Source: Escherichia phage Bp7. From it: 64,000 nucleotides of DNA. A program made the translations under genes and the position numbers. Positions 10,130-17,659 of this stretch are shown here, piece after piece (the first letter of the stretch is position 1; the number at the start of each line of letters is the position of its first letter). The notes beneath the pieces are model-generated. The model saw only the letters and a list, made by a program, of their open reading frames with translations. It was not told the DNA's origin and did not search any database. The stretch lies in the sequence record NC_019500.1. One strand, given 5' to 3'.

Positions 10130-10378
10130 ATGAACAAACAATTGAATCACGCTCTTGAACTGCAACGCAACGCTTGGAACAACGGTCACGAAAACTACGG
10201 CGCATCTATTGATGTTGAAGCCGAAGCACTGGAAATCCTGCGTTATTTCAAACATCTGAATCCTGCTCAGGCTACTCTGGCTGCTGAACTGGAAGCTAAA
10301 GATGAACTGAAATTTGCTAAGCCTTTGGCTTCAGCAGCTCGTAAAGCAGTACGTCATTTTATTATTACCCTGAAGTAA
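10130..10378 (+). CDS. rIII: Lysis inhibition accessory protein rIII
   Basis: 82 aa; MNKQLNHALELQRNAWNNGHENYGASIDVEAEALEILRYF matches T4 rIII. Confidence 0.85.
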   Translation: MNKQLNHALELQRNAWNNGHENYGASIDVEAEALEILRYFKHLNPAQATLAAELEAKDELKFAKPLASAARKAVRHFIITLK

Positions 10379-10410
10379 ATTAAATCGAGGAGCCGTCGAA
10401 CTGTTTGATT

Positions 10411-10437
10411 AATGATTTGCGAATCATTATAGTTTTA
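10411..10437 (+). terminator. Hairpin AATGATT-tgcg-AATCATT followed by U-rich stretch
   Basis: Inverted repeat seen directly. Confidence 0.35.
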
Positions 10438-10641
10438 AGACCCCAACAGTTTTACGGTGTACCTCTTGAATGTATTTTGTACTATCACGCGTCAGAAAAA
10501 GGTTATCTGTCTAAGCCGTGGTCGGTATGATGACGAGGTTTATGGTTATCCTGTCGTTAAATATCCGAAACCTATGTTCCCCTTGAGGGCTTGCGCAGGC
10601 AACGCCAATAAGTCCTGCATCCTAATTTAAGAGATTTAAAA

Positions 10642-10803
10642 ATGGCTAAGAAAGAAGTTAAAGTAGTTGACGGTACCTCTAAACGCGCTGGTTACAAGCG
10701 TGCGTCCAACAAGCGTATCAATCAGGTAGTTGATAAGCTTCAAGCTCGTGCTCGTGCAGTATTGCGTGCAGATGCTGCTTGCTTTGGTAAGCCTCAGGCA
10801 TAA
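10642..10803 (+). CDS. Small basic hypothetical protein (53 aa)
   Basis: MAKKEVKVVDGTSKRAGYKRASNKRINQVVDKLQARARAVLRADAACFGKPQA; RBS aagag 8 nt upstream; followed by strong terminator. Confidence 0.45.
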   Translation: MAKKEVKVVDGTSKRAGYKRASNKRINQVVDKLQARARAVLRADAACFGKPQA

Positions 10804-10808
10804 GTTAT

Positions 10809-10837
10809 GGGACTCTTCGGAGTCCCATTTTTGTTTC
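10809..10837 (+). terminator. Rho-independent terminator GGGACTCTTCGGAGTCCC + T-tract
   Basis: Perfect hairpin plus T run. Confidence 0.6.
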
Positions 10838-10854
10838 TAAATCTTTAAAAAAGG

Positions 10855-10883
10855 GTGTACATCTCCGGTAGGCATGATACTAT
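10855..10883 (+). promoter_or_regulatory. Putative early promoter (GTGTAC, 17 nt, TACTAT)
   Basis: Motif match. Confidence 0.45.
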
Positions 10884-10927
10884 AGACATGTACCAAATAA
10901 TACGAAAACAAACTGGAGAATAAAATG
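10881..10927 (+). repeat. 47-nt promoter/leader cassette, copy 1 (TATAGACaTGTACCAAATAATACGAAAACAAACTGGAGAATAAAATG)
   Basis: 46/47 identity with 11287..11333. Confidence 0.9.
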
Positions 10928-11257
10928 AAAACTGTAAATCTGAATGCATCTGTTAAAGCTAAATGTTTCAACGGTGAATATCAAGAAACCATGTGGGTCC
11001 TGACTGCAGTTGAAGGTGATATCATCGAAGTTGAAACAACTGAAGGTATGGGTACTGATTTTACATTCACCATCGAGCTTCACAACTTCTTTACAGGTTG
11101 GATTTATGAACTGAAAACTGTAATTACTGGTCGTATTGAAGAAAACAAAAATGGTGAATTCTATTATGTTAATGCCCGTACACGTGCTGAACGTCTGATT
11201 GCTCAGATGAAAAAAGTTGGTAAACTTGATATGAAAAATTGGAATGTTGTGAAATAA
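10925..11257 (+). CDS. Hypothetical protein
   Basis: 110 aa ORF preceded by conserved leader and RBS ggaga. Confidence 0.55.
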   Translation: MKTVNLNASVKAKCFNGEYQETMWVLTAVEGDIIEVETTEGMGTDFTFTIELHNFFTGWIYELKTVITGRIEENKNGEFYYVNARTRAERLIAQMKKVGKLDMKNWNVVK

Positions 11258-11260
11258 ATG

Positions 11261-11289
11261 TTTTACTTTGGTACAGGTTGTGTTATTAT
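11261..11289 (+). promoter_or_regulatory. Putative early promoter (TTTTAC, 17 nt, TATTAT) inside hairpin GGTACAGG/CCTGTACC
   Basis: Motif match. Confidence 0.45.
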
Positions 11290-11333
11290 AGACCTGTACC
11301 AAATAATACGAAAACAAACTGGAGAATAAAATG
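11287..11333 (+). repeat. 47-nt promoter/leader cassette, copy 2
   Basis: 46/47 identity with 10881..10927. Confidence 0.9.
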
Positions 11334-11696
11334 AACTACATCAACTTCGAACGTAAATATGTTTCTAACGGTATCGCTGGTTCTTCTGAAGTTATTTGCC
11401 TGTGGAAACACAACAACGGCGCGGTGTGCGAAATCGAACAGTGCATGACTCCTAACTACGTTTATATGCGCTTTGAAAATGGTATTACGGTTTCAATCAC
11501 AATGGAAGGTTCTACTTTTAAAATCGCTTTAGATGATGATTTCCGTCAACGTGATTTAGGTACCCATCCTTGCTGGAACGGTTCTAATCGTAAGCTTCTG
11601 GTTAAAACCTGGATTCGTCACATCCTGAGCAACCGAGCTAAACCTGAACACCTGGAAGCAATCTTTGATGTAGTTCTGAATGAATTCGATATCTAA
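11331..11696 (+). CDS. Hypothetical protein
   Basis: 121 aa ORF preceded by same leader. Confidence 0.55.
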   Translation: MNYINFERKYVSNGIAGSSEVICLWKHNNGAVCEIEQCMTPNYVYMRFENGITVSITMEGSTFKIALDDDFRQRDLGTHPCWNGSNRKLLVKTWIRHILSNRAKPEHLEAIFDVVLNEFDI

Positions 11697-11739
11697 TCTT
11701 AAAAATGGAGGCTTCGGCCTCCTTTGAGGAAAATATTAT

Positions 11740-12025
11740 GTTTATGACCACTTATTTTGATACTCGTAAAAATTTCTGTGAAGTTGTTTTCTCTAAAGCA
11801 GGTAAAGATGTTCCTGCCGACAAACAACCTACTCGTGAATCTATTAAGGCTTATGCCGATGTTGTATGCCCGGTAGAATTCCGTACTGTTAATGGTCGTG
11901 ATACCCTAGCAATCACTAAGCTAAACCATGATATCAATATCGACCCAAGTGTCGCCCGTGAAGTCAATACCTCTGACATCTATGGTGGTAATGTTAAATC
12001 ACATGGCTTTCAGATGAGGTTCTAA
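11740..12025 (+). CDS. Hypothetical protein
   Basis: ORF with RBS gagga upstream of ATG 11740. Confidence 0.45.
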
Positions 12026-12219
12026 TGCAACTATTCTTATCACAAACTGTTCAGCTAAAAGGTGTAGGTATTCCTGGAATGATTTCAAAGGTTCTACCTG
12101 CTTTTAAATTAGGTAATGTTACTATTAAAGAAGCCTACACCGTCCTATGGGTCGATGGAACTGAAGATGTTCGCATGGGTGGTGAACTGTCTGTAATCAA
12201 ATGTTTAAAGCGAGGATAA
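12025..12219 (+). CDS. Hypothetical protein
   Basis: 64 aa ORF, start overlaps upstream stop. Confidence 0.4.
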   Translation: MQLFLSQTVQLKGVGIPGMISKVLPAFKLGNVTIKEAYTVLWVDGTEDVRMGGELSVIKCLKRG

Positions 12220-12220
12220 T

Positions 12221-12436
12221 ATGGTTAAGAAATTGATTCAGAAATTATTAGGTACGGAAATGGTCGAAGTGACTTATCGTGTGACTGATGTTTCTCCTCA
12301 TACGGCAGACCATTTAGAACCTTATATCATGACAATTAAAATGGCCAAATATGACGGTGGTTTATCCATTGAAGACCGTCTGCCAGGTTACGGGCATTGG
12401 GCTGATGTCGAAATTATAAGTGTCAAAGATGTCTGA
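12221..12436 (+). CDS. Hypothetical protein
   Basis: 71 aa ORF. Confidence 0.4.
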   Translation: MVKKLIQKLLGTEMVEVTYRVTDVSPHTADHLEPYIMTIKMAKYDGGLSIEDRLPGYGHWADVEIISVKDV

Positions 12437-12887
12437 GTTAGAAATCAGAAGTAATTTTCCGTGGCCATCGTGTGCATTAAGTAACTTTGCTAAATGGCCT
12501 TTCGTTATGGATGGTATCCAATTTGGAGGGCTCGAAGGATTCCTCCAAGGGTGTAAGGTGAGAAATCATGAACAACAAAAACGTATATTTGGGATGTCCG
12601 GTCTGGCCGCACAACAAACTGGAAGAGCTTATGCAAGAGCTGCGGACCGTGGGACGCTTTTCTGGCTTGGAATTCCCTTTTCAAGATACTCTACATCATG
12701 GAAAGAGTTGTATACAAATGCATATTTTGAAGCAGCGCTCCAAAACAAAGGATTCCGCGACGCATTACAAGCTACAAAGGGCAAAGTTTTAAAGCATTCG
12801 ATGGCGAGCCACCTTACAGAATGTGATACAATACTAACTGAAAAAGAGTTTATCGACATCCTAAACAAATTGAGAGATTTATTATGA
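12420..12887 (+). CDS. NADAR/YbiA-like (DUF1768) domain protein, tentative
   Basis: 155 aa; pattern ...LSNF...F..DG..F...EGFLQ..K... resembles YbiA/NADAR family; assignment from motif memory only. Confidence 0.45.
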   Translation: MSKMSELEIRSNFPWPSCALSNFAKWPFVMDGIQFGGLEGFLQGCKVRNHEQQKRIFGMSGLAAQQTGRAYARAADRGTLFWLGIPFSRYSTSWKELYTNAYFEAALQNKGFRDALQATKGKVLKHSMASHLTECDTILTEKEFIDILNKLRDLL

Positions 12888-13522
12888 AACCAGTTATCTT
12901 AACAGATATCGATGGAGTATGTTTAAGTTGGCAGTCCGGCTTGCCTTATTTCGCACAGAAATATAATTTGCCTTTAGAACATATTTTGAATATGATTCAG
13001 GACGAACGTTTCTTATCTCCTGGTGAGCTGTTTAATTGTGATAATGAATTAGGCGCTCGTTTAATCGAGAAGTACAATCAGTCAGATTTTATTCGTTATC
13101 TGTCTCCTTACATGGACGCATTAAAACATATCAACAAGCTCAAAAAAGACTTCGATTTTGTAGCCGTGACTGCGCTAGGCGACTCAATTGATGCACTGCT
13201 GAATAGACAATTCAATTTGAATGCTTTGTTCCCTGGCGCATTCAAGGAGATTCTGATGTGTGGTCATTCAGAATCAAAAGAAGACCTCTTCATAAGAGCT
13301 AAAAATACGTACGGTAAACGTATTAAGTTTTATGTTGATGATTTGGCTCACCACTGTGATGCTGCATCTAATGTTCTCATGGATATCCAAGTTTATTGGT
13401 TAGCTCGTGGTGAACGTGACTTTAAACCTAATTTAGCCGTAAAGGTTAATTCATGGGACGATATCGCAGCAATCGAATCCCTTCGTAATAATGCCGCAGT
13501 TGAATGGATTGCTCGAGGTTAA
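12884..13522 (+). CDS. HAD-superfamily phosphatase-like protein, tentative
   Basis: 212 aa; N-terminal ILTDIDGV (HAD motif I DxDG) and downstream acidic YVDD; tentative. Confidence 0.45.
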   Translation: MKPVILTDIDGVCLSWQSGLPYFAQKYNLPLEHILNMIQDERFLSPGELFNCDNELGARLIEKYNQSDFIRYLSPYMDALKHINKLKKDFDFVAVTALGDSIDALLNRQFNLNALFPGAFKEILMCGHSESKEDLFIRAKNTYGKRIKFYVDDLAHHCDAASNVLMDIQVYWLARGERDFKPNLAVKVNSWDDIAAIESLRNNAAVEWIARG

Positions 13523-13523
13523 T

Positions 13524-13802
13524 ATGTTTGTAGTTCATACAATTTCAGACTATGGTCCTACCACTACAATGGATTATGGTCATGTAAACCAGTTTATTCG
13601 TCATGTGAATCATGATTACTCATTTGATGTAAATCCGGCTAAAGACCATCCTGTTTGGCGCGAATGCGTCGAACAGGGATTCATTTATGTCCACTTTATG
13701 TCCAAGTTCAAATCTGATGGGCGAATGAGATTTGTGTTCTCTTATCATAAGCGATTAGACTTGCTTTTGGCTGATGTGGCTTATAATAGAATCCATGACT
13801 AA
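13524..13802 (+). CDS. Hypothetical protein
   Basis: ORF from internal ATG following HAD-like gene stop. Confidence 0.4.
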   Translation: MFVVHTISDYGPTTTMDYGHVNQFIRHVNHDYSFDVNPAKDHPVWRECVEQGFIYVHFMSKFKSDGRMRFVFSYHKRLDLLLADVAYNRIHD

Positions 13803-13812
13803 TGAGGTGATT

Positions 13813-15336
13813 ATGATTTTAGATATTTTAAACGAAATTGCTGCTATTGATTCTACTAAAGCTAAAGAAGCCATTATTGCTCGTGAAAAGGACAATGAGC
13901 TTCTGAAACGTGTTTATCGTATGGCTTATACCCGTCGTCTGAACTACGGTATTAAAAAGTGGCCAGAACCTGGATTTACATCTCAATCCTTTGGTATGAT
14001 TACTCTTGAAGACCTTCTTGATTTCGCTGAATTCACATTAGCCACACGTAAGATTACGGGTAATGCGGCTATTGAAGAACTGGCTCAAATCATTGCTGAT
14101 GCTAAGGCCCCGGATGCCGAGGTATTACGTCGTGTAATGATGCGCGACCTTGAATGTGGTGCATCGATTTCTATTGCTAACAAGGTTTGGAAAGGTTTAA
14201 TCCCTGAACAACCGCAGATGTTGGCGAGTTCTTATGATGAAGCTTTGATTAAGAAAAATATTAAATGGCCAGCGTTTGCTCAATTAAAAGCTGATGGCGC
14301 TCGTTGTTTTGCTGAAGTTCGTAACGATGGTGTGACATTCCTTACTCGTGGTGGTAATGAATATCAAGGGCTTAATCTTTTGGCGGCTGAATTAATGGCC
14401 ATGACCGAAGAAGCTCGCCAGCGCCATCCTAATGGTGTTATGATTGACGGTGAATTAGTTTACCATACTCCTAAGGTAGAACCTAAAGCATCTAATGATT
14501 TGTTTAGTATGTTTGATGAGGAACTTCCTGAATTAAGTAAGGCTAAGGAATTCCAAACTGTCGCCGATCGTTCTACGTCAAATGGATTGGCTAATAAGGC
14601 TCTTCAAGGAACTATTACTCCAGCCGAAGCAGCCGGTATGGTATTACAGGCGTGGGATTATGTCCCATTGGATGTCGTATATTCCGAAGGTAAAATTAAA
14701 GGCGATAAGTATGATGTACGCTTTACAGCCTTAGAACTTATGGTTGCTCATAATGTCGTATTGCATGGTGCAACGCGTGTTGAAGCTATCGAAAACCAGT
14801 GGGTTAATAATCTTGAAGAAGCTAAAGTTGTTTATAAGAAATATGTCGACCAGGGCCTGGAAGGCATTATCCTTAAGAACATGGACTCCTACTGGGAAAA
14901 CCGCCGTTCTAAGAATCTTATCAAGTTCAAAGAAGTAATCGATATTGCTTTAGAAGTGGTAGGTTATTATGAACACTCGAAGGACCCTAACAAACTTGGT
15001 GGTGTCGAGTTGGTATCGCGTTGTCGTCGAATTACAAGTGACTGCGGTTCAGGCTTTAAAGATACCACCCATAAGAAAGATAAATCAGGTAAAAAGGTAT
15101 TAATTCCATTGGAAGACCGTCCTGATTTAGACCGTGAACTTCTTATGAAACAAGCTCGTGAAGGTAAGTTGATTGGACGTATTGCTGACTGTGAATGTAA
15201 TGGTTGGGTTCATTCTAAAGGACGTACTGATACTGTAGGTATTTTCCTTCCAATCATTAAAGGTTGGCGTTTCGATAAAACAGAAGCTGATACATTTGAA
15301 GATGTATTCGGTGATTGGTCTCAAACTGGTCTATAA
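13813..15336 (+). CDS. 30: ATP-dependent DNA ligase gp30
   Basis: MILDILNEIAAIDSTKAKEAIIAREKDNELLKRVY...; adenylation KADGAR motif; C-terminus FEDVFGDW; matches T4 ligase. Confidence 0.9.
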   Translation: MILDILNEIAAIDSTKAKEAIIAREKDNELLKRVYRMAYTRRLNYGIKKWPEPGFTSQSFGMITLEDLLDFAEFTLATRKITGNAAIEELAQIIADAKAPDAEVLRRVMMRDLECGASISIANKVWKGLIPEQPQMLASSYDEALIKKNIKWPAFAQLKADGARCFAEVRNDGVTFLTRGGNEYQGLNLLAAELMAMTEEARQRHPNGVMIDGELVYHTPKVEPKASNDLFSMFDEELPELSKAKEFQTVADRSTSNGLANKALQGTITPAEAAGMVLQAWDYVPLDVVYSEGKIKGDKYDVRFTALELMVAHNVVLHGATRVEAIENQWVNNLEEAKVVYKKYVDQGLEGIILKNMDSYWENRRSKNLIKFKEVIDIALEVVGYYEHSKDPNKLGGVELVSRCRRITSDCGSGFKDTTHKKDKSGKKVLIPLEDRPDLDRELLMKQAREGKLIGRIADCECNGWVHSKGRTDTVGIFLPIIKGWRFDKTEADTFEDVFGDWSQTGL

Positions 15337-15337
15337 T

Positions 15338-15520
15338 ATGAAAGCTTATTTAGAAACCGTGGTTATTGGATATAAAGAAGGTGGGGATGTCTCCACTGCA
15401 GTGTCCCAAATTGTCCTTGAATTTGAAAATGAAATCGCGTTCGCTGATTTTAAAGATAATTTCGACCGCTATGAAAAGGGTCCTAAATTTGAAGTGTACC
15501 GTACGCTGTTAGTACTTTAA
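15338..15520 (+). CDS. Hypothetical small protein
   Basis: 60 aa ORF after ligase. Confidence 0.35.
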   Translation: MKAYLETVVIGYKEGGDVSTAVSQIVLEFENEIAFADFKDNFDRYEKGPKFEVYRTLLVL

Positions 15521-15523
15521 TAA

Positions 15524-15541
15524 AGGCCTTCGGGCCTTTTC
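15524..15541 (+). terminator. Rho-independent terminator AGGCCTTCGGGCCT + TTTT
   Basis: Hairpin plus T run. Confidence 0.6.
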
Positions 15542-15574
15542 TGGCATAAATAAGGTTATTAAAGAGGAATTATT

Positions 15575-17659
15575 ATGACCGAACAATTAAATGAAGTGTT
15601 TGAGTCCGAAGGCACACTGCCTACAGTAAACTTGAACCCAAAACTTAAAGTACCCCAGATTTGGAAGATTGGTGACGCAGAATCCCAATTAGTGGCGCGT
15701 ATGGTATCCTACGCTTCTGAAGGTGATGCTATTAAACAGGTTAAGATGGGTGATAAATATGCCCACGTTATCCTTATGAGCCTTTCAGCTAAAGGTTCGC
15801 CTGCCGAACTTAAAGGTGGCCTAGGCCCTACTCCCGTAGATGCGATTAATACTATTTTTGATGTGGTTTATGACCAAGTTAAAAAGCTTCGTATGGATGC
15901 CGTGATGTTCCGTTTCCCTACTAAGAAAATGAAAGGTCAAGGCCCTATCGTTCAACGGATTATCCAACGTTTGGTAGCACAGAAAACAGGTGGACGTTTT
16001 AAAGTAGTTCCGGCTATGTACCAATTTACCGGTAAACATACTTATATCCTAGTAGTTCGTAAACAGGCTGATATCGAAGATATCAAAGGTATGCCAGGAA
16101 TTAATGCCGAATTATACACTAAGGTAGATTCTGATGTCGGTGAAGTTTATATTTCTAAAAAAGAAGGCGTGCAGGTTACTAAAGAAACTGCTATTGCCGG
16201 CAGTATTGCTAAAGTTGAAGAACGTCGCACTGATAAAATGGTTATAACCAAGACTAAGATTTCTCGTCGTGCCATTGCAGCAAGTCAATCGTTAGAATCT
16301 TATCGTAATGAAAGTGAACTGTTTAAGAAATATGAAGCAAATGCCGTAGATTTTAATAAACCTGCAACAGCTCCATTAATCCCTGAGGCCCAGGAAATGG
16401 TTACTAATAACAATTCTCCCGCGGCTAAAAATAAGGTTGCTAATATAGTAGCTGAAGGTACTGCTGAAGAATTGCATTATGATTATAAAATGTTTCCTCT
16501 TCACGGTATAGGTGAAATCCAAGAGAAAATTAAAGATAAAATTCTTGCGGCCATCAAAAACGAACCTTTGACATCTGTTAAAGCTCTAGAAAAATATGCC
16601 TCTGCTATTAATACCGTTTTCGAAGAATACAAAGGTGAATGGCTGGCCCGGCATAACAAAACTCGTAAAGGCCAACCTGACGACCTCTGGAATGAATTGA
16701 CCGATGCGAAGTGGAAAGCCGCCAAGACCAAGTTCATTAAAAAACGTGTATATAGTTTTGCCGGTGTAGGTGGCGGTATTATGGTCGATATTACTATTGC
16801 TCGTGAGGGCTCTAAATATACCCCATCACAAAAGCGCGGCATCAGAGAATATTGTGGCTCAGGATATACAGACATAAATAATCTTCTTTTAGGACGCTAT
16901 AACCCTCAGAACTATGAGGTTATGGGCGAAAAAGATATCGAATCTGCAGTTAATAATTTGGATTCTGCTTTTGAAAATGGCGACCGTATACCAGAAGGCA
17001 TCACAGTTTATCGTGCACAGAGTATGACTGCTCCTATATACGAAGCACTAGTTAAAAATAAAGTGTTCTATTTCAGAAATTTTGTATCCACTTCATTGAC
17101 TCCTATCATTTTTGGACGTTTTGGTGTTACACACGCCGGTATCGGTCTTTTAGAACCGGAAGTTCGCGATGAATTGACAGTCGATAAAAATGAAGAAGGA
17201 ATAACTATTAATCCTAATGAAATAAGAGCATATAAAGAAAATCCTGATTATGTTAAAGTTCAAATAGGATGGGCTATTGATGGGGCTCATAAAGTTAATG
17301 TCGTATATCCAGGAAATCTCGGAATAGAAACTGAAGCCGAAGTTATTCTACCGCGTGGATTAATGGTCAAAGTTAATAAAATAACAGATGCTTCTAATAA
17401 TGATGGAACAACATCTAGTAATACAAAACTCATCCAAGCTGAAGTTATGACAACAGATGAGCTTCAAGAATCTGTGGTATATGATGGTGACGTACTAATG
17501 GAAACCGGCGAGTTGGTCGTATATAAAGATGACTTCGATACTTCCGAAAGCCCTGTATCTTTTGATTCATTTGTTAAATCTACACGGTTTGATGTATTGC
17601 CTCTTTTGGCTTCATGCATAGACCTCTATGACATCCCAGAAAAATTCATCCAAGGGTAA
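15575..17659 (+). CDS. alt: ADP-ribosyltransferase Alt (copy 1)
   Basis: 694 aa; C-terminal ART domain (RGIREYCGSGYTDINNLL..., YRAQ..., FVSTS); size and position match T4 Alt. Confidence 0.85.
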   Translation: MTEQLNEVFESEGTLPTVNLNPKLKVPQIWKIGDAESQLVARMVSYASEGDAIKQVKMGDKYAHVILMSLSAKGSPAELKGGLGPTPVDAINTIFDVVYDQVKKLRMDAVMFRFPTKKMKGQGPIVQRIIQRLVAQKTGGRFKVVPAMYQFTGKHTYILVVRKQADIEDIKGMPGINAELYTKVDSDVGEVYISKKEGVQVTKETAIAGSIAKVEERRTDKMVITKTKISRRAIAASQSLESYRNESELFKKYEANAVDFNKPATAPLIPEAQEMVTNNNSPAAKNKVANIVAEGTAEELHYDYKMFPLHGIGEIQEKIKDKILAAIKNEPLTSVKALEKYASAINTVFEEYKGEWLARHNKTRKGQPDDLWNELTDAKWKAAKTKFIKKRVYSFAGVGGGIMVDITIAREGSKYTPSQKRGIREYCGSGYTDINNLLLGRYNPQNYEVMGEKDIESAVNNLDSAFENGDRIPEGITVYRAQSMTAPIYEALVKNKVFYFRNFVSTSLTPIIFGRFGVTHAGIGLLEPEVRDELTVDKNEEGITINPNEIRAYKENPDYVKVQIGWAIDGAHKVNVVYPGNLGIETEAEVILPRGLMVKVNKITDASNNDGTTSSNTKLIQAEVMTTDELQESVVYDGDVLMETGELVVYKDDFDTSESPVSFDSFVKSTRFDVLPLLASCIDLYDIPEKFIQG

